64,000 nucleotides of DNA, from positions 19,534-83,533 of the IMG/VR virus record IMGVR_UViG_3300025084_000011; one strand, given 5' to 3'. The stretch is from a virus. Lineage: Duplodnaviria; Caudoviricetes. Below are positions 46,216 through 55,474 of the stretch, piece after piece; position 1 is the first letter of the stretch, and each line of letters starts with the position of its first letter. The notes under the pieces are model-generated. The model saw nothing but the letters and a program-made list of their open reading frames with translations, made no database searches and was not told the origin of the DNA. The position numbers and the translations under genes were made by a program.

Positions 46216-47826
46216 TTGATGTCTCAACTATTTGGTTATTCGTTAGATCGAAAGAAGGGTCAGGCAACTGGTCCTTCTTTTGTTCGTAAAGAATCAGACG
46301 ACGCTGCTCAACCAATTTCTGCTGGTGGGCACTTCGGACAATATGTTGAGATGGGTGACGCTGCTAATAAAGCAAGCGAAGCAGATTTGATCGGTAGATA
46401 TCGCGAGATGTCTTTGCATCCAGAAGCGGATGCTGCTATTAATGATGTTGTCAACGAAGCGATTGCTGGGGATCTGAATGATCACCCCGTGGATATTGAC
46501 CTCCAACACTTGAAAGTCTCTCAGACTCTGAAAAACAGAATCCGAGAAGAGTTCGTTAATGTTCTAGTGCTTCTAGACTTTGATAGAAAAGCATACGATA
46601 TCTTCCGTAGGTGGTATATCGATGGACGCTTGTTCTATCATAAGATGATTGATACTAAGAACCCTGCTGCTGGTATCACAGAGTTAAGGTATATCGATCC
46701 ACGCAAGATCAAAAAGGTTGTTGAATTTGACAAACCTAAGGATCGCGCACAACTCATTGACCCACAGATCACATCGATTGTTCCTAAATCGATTGAGTAT
46801 TATATCTACTCACCGAAAGGTCTGAAAGGATATGAGAACAACGGGATCAAAGTTGCACCAGATGCTATCACATACTGCCACTCTGGTCAGTTGGATATGC
46901 AACGCAACTATGTGCTATCCCATCTTCACAAAGCAATTAAGGCACTCAATCAACTTAGAATGATTGAGGATTCTCTGGTCATCTATCGTTTGTCCAGAGC
47001 ACCTGAGCGTAGAATTTTCTACATCGATGTGGGTAATCTGCCTAAGCAAAAGGCAGAGCAATACCTCAGAGAGGTGATGTCTCGCTATCGTAACAAGTTG
47101 GTGTATAACGCTGACACTGGTGAGATTCGTGATGACAAAAAGTTCATGTCTATGCTGGAAGACTTCTGGTTGCCAAGACGTGAAGGCGGACGCGGTACTG
47201 AGATCACTACACTGCCAGGTGGACAAAACCTAGGTGAGTTGGAAGATGTCAAGTATTTCCAGAAGAAACTGTATCGCTCACTCAACGTACCTGAGTCACG
47301 TTTAGAATCTGAAAGCAGTTTCAATGTCGGTCGTAGTGCCGAGATCACAAGAGACGAAGTTAAGTTCCAGAAATTTGTTACACGACTTCGCAAAAAGTTT
47401 AGTGATCTGTTTAGTGATCTTCTGAGAACTCAACTTGTTCTCAAAGGTGTCATCACACTTGATGAGTGGGATGATATGAAAGAGCACATCCAGTATAGTT
47501 TTATCGCTGATAACTACTTTGCTGAGATGAAAGAGAAGGAGGTGATGACAGAACGTCTCGCACTTCTTCAACAAATGGATCCTTATGCTGGTAAGTATTT
47601 CTCTCTGGAATACCTACGTCGCAACATCCTCAGGCAATCTGATGCTGAGTTCCAAGAAATCGACAAGCAGATGCAGGAAGAGGTTGAGGCTGGTCTGATT
47701 GTGTCTCCTGCTGAGATGCAACAGATGGAAAAAATGCAAATGGAAATGTCTCTGATGCCACCCGAACCTGAGCAGGAAGAGGAGCAGGGATTAGATCCAA
47801 AAGATTACGAAAAAGGAAACATCTAA
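46216..47826 (+). CDS. g20: Portal protein gp20
   Basis: RRWYIDGR, LRMIEDSLVIYRLSRAPERRIFYIDVGNLPK, EDFWLPRREGGRGTEITTLPGGQ. Confidence 0.97.
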   Translation: MMSQLFGYSLDRKKGQATGPSFVRKESDDAAQPISAGGHFGQYVEMGDAANKASEADLIGRYREMSLHPEADAAINDVVNEAIAGDLNDHPVDIDLQHLKVSQTLKNRIREEFVNVLVLLDFDRKAYDIFRRWYIDGRLFYHKMIDTKNPAAGITELRYIDPRKIKKVVEFDKPKDRAQLIDPQITSIVPKSIEYYIYSPKGLKGYENNGIKVAPDAITYCHSGQLDMQRNYVLSHLHKAIKALNQLRMIEDSLVIYRLSRAPERRIFYIDVGNLPKQKAEQYLREVMSRYRNKLVYNADTGEIRDDKKFMSMLEDFWLPRREGGRGTEITTLPGGQNLGELEDVKYFQKKLYRSLNVPESRLESESSFNVGRSAEITRDEVKFQKFVTRLRKKFSDLFSDLLRTQLVLKGVITLDEWDDMKEHIQYSFIADNYFAEMKEKEVMTERLALLQQMDPYAGKYFSLEYLRRNILRQSDAEFQEIDKQMQEEVEAGLIVSPAEMQQMEKMQMEMSLMPPEPEQEEEQGLDPKDYEKGNI

Positions 47827-47829
47827 ATA
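47822..47829 (+). promoter_or_regulatory. Late promoter (TCTAAATA)
   Basis: TAAATA over the g20 stop. Confidence 0.6.
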
Positions 47830-47850
47830 GTAATAGTATTAATTAACATT

Positions 47851-48102
47851 ATGCCTTCCCAACCTTCTCTTGATATCGTTAATGCATTGTTTGCTGGTCA
47901 GAAAGATCTTTCTGATTATGTGAACACACAGATGCAAACACTCGCTCTCGATAAACTCGATGGTATGAAACAAGAGGTTGGCGCAGCAATGTTCGCAGCA
48001 CCCGAAGAGGGTCCTGAGAATACTGAGCAACCAGAGGACGCTGTACCCCCCGATCAAACCGAAGAGGAACCAACTGATGAAACTGATAACGGAGACAATT
48101 GA
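47851..48102 (+). CDS. Small acidic prohead core protein (gp67/gp68 position)
   Basis: Acidic C-terminus; between g20 and g21. Confidence 0.6.
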   Translation: MPSQPSLDIVNALFAGQKDLSDYVNTQMQTLALDKLDGMKQEVGAAMFAAPEEGPENTEQPEDAVPPDQTEEEPTDETDNGDN

Positions 48103-48724
48103 AGACGCTAAGGTCGTAATTACCGAAGGTAAGAACGGCAAGCGTAGCACCTGTATTGAAGGTGTATTTCTTCAAGCCGAAATCACCAATCGTAATGGTC
48201 GTATGTATCCCATGCGTACCATGGAACGTGAGGTTGAGAAGTATAACGAGTCTTTCGTAAAGACTGGTCGTGCTCTCGGTGAGTTGGGTCATCCTGACGG
48301 TCCTACTATCAACCTTGATCGTGCATCACATTTGATTACTTCTTTGAGAAAAGAGGGTAACAATTTTATTGGTAAGGCACGTTTGCTTGAAACCCCTATG
48401 GGTAAGATTGCAAAACAACTTCTAGATGAAGGAGTCAAACTGGGTGTTTCCTCACGCGGTCTGGGTTCTATCAAAGAAGAAAATGGTATCAAAGTAGTTG
48501 GCGAAGATTTTATGCTTGCTACTGCTGCTGATATCGTAGCAGATCCTTCTGCTCCTGAGGCATTTGTCAATGGAATCATGGAAGGAAAAGAATGGGTTTG
48601 GGCAAATGGATCAGTTGCTGAGTCCACCATCGACCAAATCAAGAAGAGAATTGACAATGCTGCGGCAAGTCAATTGACAGAAAGAAAGATTTCCGCGTTT
48701 TCAGAATTTCTGAAAAATCTGTAA
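48077..48724 (+). CDS. g21: Prohead protease gp21 (start at MKLITE, 48077)
   Basis: NRNGRMYP, ALGELGHP, GVSSRGLGS, DIVADPSAP. Confidence 0.95.
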   Translation: MKLITETIEDAKVVITEGKNGKRSTCIEGVFLQAEITNRNGRMYPMRTMEREVEKYNESFVKTGRALGELGHPDGPTINLDRASHLITSLRKEGNNFIGKARLLETPMGKIAKQLLDEGVKLGVSSRGLGSIKEENGIKVVGEDFMLATAADIVADPSAPEAFVNGIMEGKEWVWANGSVAESTIDQIKKRIDNAAASQLTERKISAFSEFLKNL

Positions 48725-48725
48725 T

Positions 48726-48733
48726 CATAAATA
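48726..48733 (+). promoter_or_regulatory. Late promoter (CATAAATA) for g22/g23
   Basis: Intergenic TAAATA. Confidence 0.7.
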
Positions 48734-48774
48734 ATTAGAGCAATCACTCAATTCGTAGCATTAAGGAGACCCCA

Positions 48775-49797
48775 ATGTCTGACAAGATTGAAACAACACT
48801 AGATGAATCGAGCGTCACTGCTGGCGCTAAGGCAGCAGATCCTCAGGGCAAATTGTCCGATGAAGGTAGCGGTCTCGGCGGCGTACAGGATCTGGGAGGA
48901 CCAACCCCTCAGAACTCGAAGCCTGATGACGAAAGTAACAAGTACAAAGTCATCGGTAAGAGTGCATCTGCACCTACCACAAAACCTTCTGATGCATCTG
49001 CATCCCAAGGCGGTTCCATTAAAAAGGAAGATGCCGAGGTAGAAGGTGAAGAAGTGATTGCTGAGGAAGAAGTAGTCGAAACAATGACTATCGATCTTTC
49101 CGCTGATGTTGCTGCTCTGACCGAAGGTGAAGACCTGAGCGAAGAGTTCAAGCAGAAAGCAGCAACCATCTTTGAAGCGGCAGTTGTTTCCCGCCTCAAT
49201 GAAGAACTGAATCGTATCCATGGTGATTACGCTAAGGTTCTTGAAGAAGAAATTGAAACCGTCAAGTCTCAACTTGCCGAACAAGTAGACGAGTATCTGT
49301 CGTTTGCTGTCAGCAAGTGGGCTAAGGACAACACGCTCGCCATTGAGCACGGTATCAAAACCGAAATGGCAGAGAGTGTTCTGACTGGTCTCAAACAGGT
49401 TTTCGTCGAGAATTTCATTGATCTTCCCGATGAGAAAGTTGACTTGGTTGACGAAATGACCGAGCAACTTGATATTATGCAGACTAAACTCAACGAACAG
49501 ATCGAAGAGAACGTTGACCTCTCGAAAGAGGTTGGCGGTTATATCAAGAATGGGATTGTGAGCGAACTGAGCGAAGGACTGTCACTTTCACAACGTGAAA
49601 AGTTGGCATCTCTTGCTGAGGGAGTTGAGTTTGATGATGAAGAATCCTTCCGTGGGAAGGTTACGACACTTCGTGAGTCGTATTTCTCTACCAAGCCCGA
49701 AGTGACTACTGTCACCGAAGACGTTCAGGTTGAGAACGAGGTCGTAGGTGAGGCAATGTCCCACTACGTCCAAGCACTTTCCCGCTGGGCTAAGTGA
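48775..49797 (+). CDS. g22: Prohead core scaffold protein gp22
   Basis: LSEEFKQKAATIFEAAV, EKLASLAEGVEF, TLRESYF; RBS AAGGAG. Confidence 0.93.
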   Translation: MSDKIETTLDESSVTAGAKAADPQGKLSDEGSGLGGVQDLGGPTPQNSKPDDESNKYKVIGKSASAPTTKPSDASASQGGSIKKEDAEVEGEEVIAEEEVVETMTIDLSADVAALTEGEDLSEEFKQKAATIFEAAVVSRLNEELNRIHGDYAKVLEEEIETVKSQLAEQVDEYLSFAVSKWAKDNTLAIEHGIKTEMAESVLTGLKQVFVENFIDLPDEKVDLVDEMTEQLDIMQTKLNEQIEENVDLSKEVGGYIKNGIVSELSEGLSLSQREKLASLAEGVEFDDEESFRGKVTTLRESYFSTKPEVTTVTEDVQVENEVVGEAMSHYVQALSRWAK

Positions 49798-49839
49798 TAA
49801 ATTAAGGATCCACACTAACCCTATTAAGTATTAAAGCAA

Positions 49840-51186
49840 ATGTTCAATTCCGAATCTTTGCAGGAGAAGTGGGCACCCATTCTGGAACATTCTGAGATCT
49901 CTAACATCTCTGATAAGTACAGAAAGGCCGTCACCTCCATCCTGCTCGAAAACCAAGAGAAATTCCTCCGTGAGGAATCTGGAATGCTCAACGAAGCATC
50001 CCCAACGATGTCTGCTGGCACAGCAGGTTTCTCTGGTAGCAGCACCGCCACAGGTCCTGTTGCAGGTTTCGACCCTGTTCTGATCAGTCTGATCAGACGC
50101 TCCATGCCCAAGTTGATCGCCTATGATATTGCTGGCGTTCAACCGATGACTGGACCTACTGGTCTCATCTTTGCCATGCGTTCACGCTATGGCACTAACC
50201 GTACTGCTGGCGCTGAGTCCTTCTTCAATGAGGCGGACACAGAGTTCTCTGCTGAGAACGCAGCATCGAACCTCGGTCGCACCGCTCAGAGTGGAAGCAA
50301 CCCTGGTCTGCTGAACGACAGCGGCACCTACACCGTCTCTGACGGTATGCCGACTGCTGAGAGTGAGGCACTGGGCGATGCCGCTGGCAACGCCTTCGCA
50401 GAAATGAACTTCTCGATCGAGAAGGTCACTGTGACTGCCAAGTCACGCGCTCTGAAAGCAGAGTATTCGCTCGAACTCGCCCAAGACCTGAAAGCAGTTC
50501 ATGGTCTTGATGCTGAATCTGAGCTTGCCAACATCCTCTCAACAGAGGTTCTTGCCGAGATCAACCGCGAGGTGGTACGTACCGTCTATCGCATTGCTCG
50601 CCCTGGCGCTCAGAACAACACAGCAACTGCTGGCGTATTTGACCTTGACGTTGATTCCAACGGTCGCTGGTCAGTTGAGAAGTTCAAAGGACTCCTCTTC
50701 CAAATCGAACGCGATATGAACGCGATTGGTCACGAGACTCGTCGTGGAAAGGGTAACATCCTCATCTGTTCTGCTGACGTTGCTTCGGCACTGTCCATGG
50801 CAGGTGTTCTGGATTACACCCCTGCTCTCTCTGGTAACAGCAACTTGCTTCCAGACGACAACAGCAGCACACTGGCAGGCACCCTGAACGGTCGCATCAA
50901 GGTCTATGTTGACCCTTATTCCGCTAACGTAAGTGATCGTCACTTCTACGTTGCTGGTTATAAAGGTTCTAGCGCCTATGATGCTGGACTCTTCTACTGC
51001 CCATATGTGCCCCTGCAAATGGTTCGCGCCGTTGGTCAGGACACATTCCAGCCCAAGATCGGCTTCAAGACCCGCTACGGCATGGTCGCTAACCCATTCG
51101 CAGAAGGAACAACACAGGGGAGTGGTGCTCTTACTGCAAATGCTAACCGCTACTACCGTCGTGTGCTGGTTGACAACCTCATGTGA
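49840..51186 (+). CDS. g23: Major capsid protein gp23
   Basis: DPVLISLIRR, GVQPMTGPTGLIFAMR, KSRALKAEYSLELAQDLKAVHGLDAE, FQPKIGFKTRYG. Confidence 0.98.
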   Translation: MFNSESLQEKWAPILEHSEISNISDKYRKAVTSILLENQEKFLREESGMLNEASPTMSAGTAGFSGSSTATGPVAGFDPVLISLIRRSMPKLIAYDIAGVQPMTGPTGLIFAMRSRYGTNRTAGAESFFNEADTEFSAENAASNLGRTAQSGSNPGLLNDSGTYTVSDGMPTAESEALGDAAGNAFAEMNFSIEKVTVTAKSRALKAEYSLELAQDLKAVHGLDAESELANILSTEVLAEINREVVRTVYRIARPGAQNNTATAGVFDLDVDSNGRWSVEKFKGLLFQIERDMNAIGHETRRGKGNILICSADVASALSMAGVLDYTPALSGNSNLLPDDNSSTLAGTLNGRIKVYVDPYSANVSDRHFYVAGYKGSSAYDAGLFYCPYVPLQMVRAVGQDTFQPKIGFKTRYGMVANPFAEGTTQGSGALTANANRYYRRVLVDNLM

Positions 51187-51210
51187 TCCATTAGGTTACA
51201 CACAACACTC

Positions 51211-51234
51211 AGGACCCCATCGGGGTCCTTTTTT
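51211..51234 (+). terminator. Rho-independent terminator after g23
   Basis: AGGACCCC-ATC-GGGGTCCT followed by TTTTT. Confidence 0.88.
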
Positions 51235-51282
51235 AATGTCTAGTAATATTTGCTGATTCCCACACGAGAAGGGCGTTTGAGG

Positions 51283-51311
51283 TTGGCACTTATGTTAAAT
51301 AGAATTATACT
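51283..51311 (+). promoter_or_regulatory. Sigma70-type (early/middle) promoter TTGGCA-N17-TATACT
   Basis: -35 at 51283-51288, -10 at 51306-51311; an embedded GTTAAATA (51294-51301) could be a tandem late promoter. Confidence 0.7.
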
Positions 51312-51324
51312 GAACTTGACTCCC

Positions 51325-51492
51325 ATGCCAAGGTCCACCATGTTGAAGACCGATCTGCTTGCCAGATTATACAAAGAGAAAACCAAATTATACGAAGGCG
51401 AGTTTCGGGAGGAACAAACTGAGGAATGGCATCACGGTGCCCACTTCGCGTATAGTAGACTATTGGATATCATTAGCGAGTACCGACAATGA
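51325..51492 (+). CDS. Hypothetical protein (55 aa; start MPRSTM)
   Basis: First ATG downstream of the promoter. Confidence 0.65.
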   Translation: MPRSTMLKTDLLARLYKEKTKLYEGEFREEQTEEWHHGAHFAYSRLLDIISEYRQ

Positions 51493-51611
51493 AAGACCTT
51501 GACTTCATCGATGACCTGTTGACCATGCCCGAAGAACCTTCAAAATCTAAAAACATCACTGATGCTGATGCCAAAGACTGGGAAGACTTCTGGAATGGTG
51601 AAGAAGAATAA
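51489..51611 (+). CDS. Small acidic hypothetical protein (40 aa, not in ORF track)
   Basis: MKDLDFIDDLL...DWEDFWNGEEE; ATGA overlap. Confidence 0.55.
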   Translation: MKDLDFIDDLLTMPEEPSKSKNITDADAKDWEDFWNGEEE

Positions 51612-51631
51612 ACCATAACCCCCTTAATGTG

Positions 51632-51733
51632 ATGCTATTTGGAACTACGGCTGCACAACAACTGTTAACTTTCGGTTGTACCTTTGTTATAGCAACAGTA
51701 TACATTGTGGTAATCACATGTAGGGACCATTGA
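51632..51733 (+). CDS. Possible 33-aa membrane peptide (not in ORF track)
   Basis: MLFGTTAAQQLLTFGCTFVIATVYIVVITCRDH; fills the gap before the g3 leader. Confidence 0.35.
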   Translation: MLFGTTAAQQLLTFGCTFVIATVYIVVITCRDH

Positions 51734-51735
51734 AT

Positions 51736-51776
51736 TGAGTATGTTCCTATAAATAATTAAAACAGGAACATACTCA
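51736..51776 (+). promoter_or_regulatory. RBS-sequestering hairpin with late promoter TATAAATA (51748-51755) at its loop, upstream of g3
   Basis: Perfect 13-bp inverted repeat TGAGTATGTTCCT / AGGAACATACTCA. Confidence 0.85.
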
Positions 51777-52339
51777 TGGCATCATACGGAGGCAAGGACC
51801 AGACATCGCTCTGGTCTAAGCAATTAGATAACAGGAACTTCCTGTCGCCAATTGGATTTAAGATGCTACTGGAACAGTTTCCAAAGGTAGTTTACTTTGC
51901 ACAATCCGCTAATATTCCTGGTATCGGACTGAATACCATCGAGCAACCTACTATGCTGGGACGTGTGATCCCGTGGGAAGCACATGGTCTGAACTATGAA
52001 CCATTCAACTTGACGTTCCTTGTTGATGAGGATCTAGAAAACTATCTCATCCTACACAACTGGATGCGATCGATTGCAGGTGGCGATGCGTTTGAAGAAC
52101 GTGCTACTTACATGGATGATTACACTGTGACTTGTGATGCGTCACTAGCAATCATGAATAGTAATATGAGAACTAACTTCTTTGTCAACTTCAAAGATAT
52201 ATTCCCTGTCTCATTGAATGCATTAGAATTTAATGCTACAATTGATGGTACTGAGTATGCCACAGCAACTGCTGAGTTTAGGTATACTACTTACAACATA
52301 CAAAACCTTGAAGGTGGGCGGAGGAAGAATCTGAAATGA
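51776..52339 (+). CDS. g3: Tail completion/tube terminator gp3
   Basis: NRNFLSPIGFK, YFAQSANIPGI, FLVDEDLENY..HNW, F.DIFPVSL..LEF. Confidence 0.85.
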   Translation: MASYGGKDQTSLWSKQLDNRNFLSPIGFKMLLEQFPKVVYFAQSANIPGIGLNTIEQPTMLGRVIPWEAHGLNYEPFNLTFLVDEDLENYLILHNWMRSIAGGDAFEERATYMDDYTVTCDASLAIMNSNMRTNFFVNFKDIFPVSLNALEFNATIDGTEYATATAEFRYTTYNIQNLEGGRRKNLK

Positions 52340-52758
52340 ATCTAGACCAAATTCGTGACATGTGGAAAGAGGATTGCATCATTGATCAAAATGATTTAGA
52401 CACTGAGAACTTCAAGTGTACTGTGATCCACGAAAAATATTTGAATATCTGGTCTCATTTTAAACTGATGGCATCTGATGCTGACACCAAAGGTCGGATG
52501 CTATACAAAGCAAAGTTTGAATACTACTCAGGCAAAGCACCTGCCAAGGTGTACGCAGAGAAACCTTTCAATCACAAGGTACTCAAAACTGATATCAACA
52601 CTTACATCTGGGCAGATGATGAGTGGTTGAAAAACAAGCAGAAGATTGACTACCTTGATACTTGTATAAATTACTTAGAGATGATTCTTAAACAGTGTTC
52701 CTCACGAGGGTTCCAGATTAAGAATTACATTGATCTAAGGAGACATGGTGATTACTAA
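52336..52758 (+). CDS. uvsY: Recombination mediator UvsY
   Basis: W..D..ID, H.KYL, YYSGKA...Y.EKPF.HKVLK.D, RGFQIKN.I; precedes uvsW. Confidence 0.88.
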   Translation: MNLDQIRDMWKEDCIIDQNDLDTENFKCTVIHEKYLNIWSHFKLMASDADTKGRMLYKAKFEYYSGKAPAKVYAEKPFNHKVLKTDINTYIWADDEWLKNKQKIDYLDTCINYLEMILKQCSSRGFQIKNYIDLRRHGDY

Positions 52759-54214
52759 GATTGAAAAAAAGAATGAAGTCTACCTCAAAGTAACAACAGA
52801 ACCCCATGTTCATCAGGAACTGAGTGATCACTTTCAATTTGAAGTGCCACAAGCAAAGTTCATGCCACAGTATCAGAAGTGGAAATGGGATGGAAAGATC
52901 CGTTTGTATTCACCAGCAACAGGTGAGATATATGCGGGTCTTTTTGATTATCTAACTGAGTTCTTAGAACAACGTGGTTACGATTGGGAAGTTGAGGACA
53001 GTAAGTTTTATGGAAAACCAAATGAATGTGAACTACTCATATCTCCTGAGGCAACTGCGGGGTATGTTAGATCTTTGGGTCTACCTTTCAAAGTCAGAGA
53101 TTACCAGTTACGAGCAATTTACCAAGCACTTAGGTACAATCGGAGACTTCTACTATCCCCGACAGGATCGGGAAAATCTCTAATCATCTATGCACTGGTG
53201 CGATGGCATCTGGGGATGGATCGTCAGGTTCTTATCATTGTTCCTACTGTCTCACTAGTGGAGCAGATGTATAAGGATTTCCAACAGTATGGATGGAGAG
53301 CAGATGCATATGTACATAAGATCATGGGTGGCACTGAGAGGTACGTAGATGCCCCTGTGGTAGTGTCTACCTGGCAGAGTATATACAAAGAACCTAAAAA
53401 GTTCTTTAACCGTTTTGATGTCATCATTGGTGATGAGGCACACCTATACAAAGCAAAGAGTTTGTCAGGTATCTTGACTAAGTGTCATGATGCAAAATAT
53501 CGTATTGGTCTCACAGGTACTCTCGATGGTTTGCATACCCATCAGTTAGTGCTAGAAGGATTGTTTGGTAAATGTGAACAAGTTACCAAGACAGCAGACC
53601 TTATGAAGAAAGGTCATCTCACTAAACTTAAAGTAAATATTCTCTTATTAAAACATGGGTACGTTCCCTTTGATGACTACCAACAGGAGATGGATTACAT
53701 AGTAAGTCATCCTAAGAGAAACAATCTGATCACAAACCTTGCGAAAGATCTGAGTGGCAATACTCTGATCCTATTCAACTACGTAGAGAAGCATGGGGAA
53801 CCATTGCATGACCTGCTAAATACTAAGGTGAAGGAAGGTCGCAAGGTCTTCTTCATACACGGTGGTATTGATGCCTATGATCGTGAAGAAGCACGATCTA
53901 TATGTGAGACAGAAAAGGATGCAATCATTGTTGCATCGTATGGAACTTTCTCTACTGGTATTAATATCAAAAACTTACATAATGTGATCTTCGCTAGTCC
54001 CTCCAAGTCCAGAGTCAGAAACCTACAATCTATTGGTCGTGTACTCAGGAAAGGAGATAACAAAGCGCAAGCAGTTCTATACGATATTGCAGACCACTGT
54101 GCGAGAGGATCCAAAAGTAATTACACCCTTCGTCATCTTGCTGAAAGAATCAAGATATATCAAGAAGAAAAATTTAATTACGAAATTAAGGAGATCAAAT
54201 TGACTCATGATTAA
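52745..54214 (+). CDS. uvsW: SF2 helicase UvsW
   Basis: SPTGSGKS, DEAH, GLTGT, STGINI, QSIGRVLR. Confidence 0.96.
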   Translation: MVITKIEKKNEVYLKVTTEPHVHQELSDHFQFEVPQAKFMPQYQKWKWDGKIRLYSPATGEIYAGLFDYLTEFLEQRGYDWEVEDSKFYGKPNECELLISPEATAGYVRSLGLPFKVRDYQLRAIYQALRYNRRLLLSPTGSGKSLIIYALVRWHLGMDRQVLIIVPTVSLVEQMYKDFQQYGWRADAYVHKIMGGTERYVDAPVVVSTWQSIYKEPKKFFNRFDVIIGDEAHLYKAKSLSGILTKCHDAKYRIGLTGTLDGLHTHQLVLEGLFGKCEQVTKTADLMKKGHLTKLKVNILLLKHGYVPFDDYQQEMDYIVSHPKRNNLITNLAKDLSGNTLILFNYVEKHGEPLHDLLNTKVKEGRKVFFIHGGIDAYDREEARSICETEKDAIIVASYGTFSTGINIKNLHNVIFASPSKSRVRNLQSIGRVLRKGDNKAQAVLYDIADHCARGSKSNYTLRHLAERIKIYQEEKFNYEIKEIKLTHD

Positions 54215-54650
54215 TTACATCCGACACGACGAACAATTCTTTGCCACACTTAAACTTATCACTGGGGAAGAGATCCTTGGTGAAGCATTAGTTAGTGAGG
54301 ACCCTGATACCAAGAAAGATATGATCTTCATGCAGAACCCTGCTAGAACAAAGATCGTTGAACTTGAAGTAGATTCAGAAGATGCATCCCAAAAGGTTGC
54401 AATGGGATTCATGAAATGGATGAACTTCTCTGATGAGGATTTCTATGTAATTGATGCTCAGTCTGTTGTGTCTATTGCTCCTATGTCTGATGAAGCAATC
54501 TTGCTTTACAAGAGATGGATCAAGAAAGAATTTAAAAAGTCAGAACCTGATGAAGCAGAGGTACCCATCAACAAAAGCATGGGTCTCATCTCAAAGGTGG
54601 AAGATGCAAGGAAACTTCTAGAACGCATCTTCAAAGATGCATCTCTCTAA
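54207..54650 (+). CDS. Hypothetical protein (possible Sm-like fold)
   Basis: LKLITGEEILG...NP...KW pattern; between uvsW and g55. Confidence 0.7.
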   Translation: MINYIRHDEQFFATLKLITGEEILGEALVSEDPDTKKDMIFMQNPARTKIVELEVDSEDASQKVAMGFMKWMNFSDEDFYVIDAQSVVSIAPMSDEAILLYKRWIKKEFKKSEPDEAEVPINKSMGLISKVEDARKLLERIFKDASL

Positions 54651-54691
54651 GCCACTTAAAGATACTGTGTTTCTGAACCCTTACAGTGTTG

Positions 54692-54720
54692 AGTATAATG
54701 ATTTATTATTGTCTTGTCAA
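54692..54720 (-). promoter_or_regulatory. Leftward sigma70-type promoter TTGACA-N17-TATACT (antisense to upstream genes)
   Basis: Minus strand: -35 at 54720-54715, -10 at 54697-54692. Confidence 0.7.
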
Positions 54721-54746
54721 GCCCTGTCACCTTGTCACCTCGTCAC

Positions 54747-54775
54747 TTGACAAATCTGTCTTGATAAGTTAACAT
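54747..54775 (+). promoter_or_regulatory. Sigma70-type promoter TTGACA-N17-TAACAT for g55
   Basis: -35 at 54747-54752, -10 at 54770-54775; preceded by three GTCAC repeats. Confidence 0.7.
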
Positions 54776-54776
54776 T

Positions 54777-55286
54777 ATGTCATCCGTGAGTACCCTTATG
54801 TCTATGCTAATGCCACGGAAGAACGCCAAAAAGAAAGAACACTATGTAGATAACAAACAGTTCTTACATGAACTGATTATTTACCGTAACAAATGTGCAG
54901 TCGCCAAAGATAAAGGACTGTCCAAACCTCGTGTCTCTAATTACATTGGTGAATGCTTCCTTAAAATTGCAACCCACCTATCGTATCGTCCGAACTTCAT
55001 CAACTACATGTACCGAGAGGACATGATTGGTGATGGTATCGAGAATTGTATTCAATACATTCATAACTTTGATCCAGAGAAGTCTTCTAATCCGTTTGCA
55101 TACTTCACACAGATTGTATACTATGCATATCTAAGAAGGATTGCTAAGGAGAAGAGGCAGCAGGCAATTAGAGAGAAGATCCTAGAACGTAAGGGGTATG
55201 AGGAGGTTTTCCACACAGATGACCTTGACAATATCGCTGACATGAACTATATTAAGTCTCGTGTCGAGACCAATACGAGGTACTGA
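54777..55286 (+). CDS. g55: Late transcription sigma factor gp55 (true start may be a downstream Met)
   Basis: EHYVDNK.F, YIGECFLKIATHLSYRPNFINY, DPEKSSNPFAYFTQI.YYA.LRRI.KEK. Confidence 0.95.
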   Translation: MSSVSTLMSMLMPRKNAKKKEHYVDNKQFLHELIIYRNKCAVAKDKGLSKPRVSNYIGECFLKIATHLSYRPNFINYMYREDMIGDGIENCIQYIHNFDPEKSSNPFAYFTQIVYYAYLRRIAKEKRQQAIREKILERKGYEEVFHTDDLDNIADMNYIKSRVETNTRY

Positions 55287-55474
55287 TGTCCACAAAACAA
55301 AGTTTGATCGGTGACTATTGGAACGGTGGTTCCTCAGGTGAACAAACTCAGCGTCTAATTGCTGAGTTGACTGATAAGTTGAAAGGTATTACATACACCC
55401 AGACATGTACAACAGCAGAGGGAACTACCTACAAGAAACTTGTTATTGAATATGAAGATTCTTCTAATAACTGA
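55286..55474 (+). CDS. Hypothetical protein
   Basis: TGATG coupling to the g55 stop. Confidence 0.6.
   Translation: MSTKQSLIGDYWNGGSSGEQTQRLIAELTDKLKGITYTQTCTTAEGTTYKKLVIEYEDSSNN

Noticed and set aside
46174-46217. Weak hairpins around the g20 late promoter (and similarly at g8 and 47822)
   Set aside because: Only 7-8 bp with wobbles or bulges in AT-rich DNA; not distinguishable from chance without covariation data
48698-48716. Palindrome TTTTCAGAA-T-TTCTGAAAA at the end of g21
   Set aside because: It is AT-rich, has a 1-nt loop and lies within coding sequence (FSEFLK); no supporting context
54671-54699. Plus-strand TATAAT at 54694 as a promoter
   Set aside because: The -35 position reads TTCTGA and there is no extended -10; the overlapping minus-strand promoter fits far better
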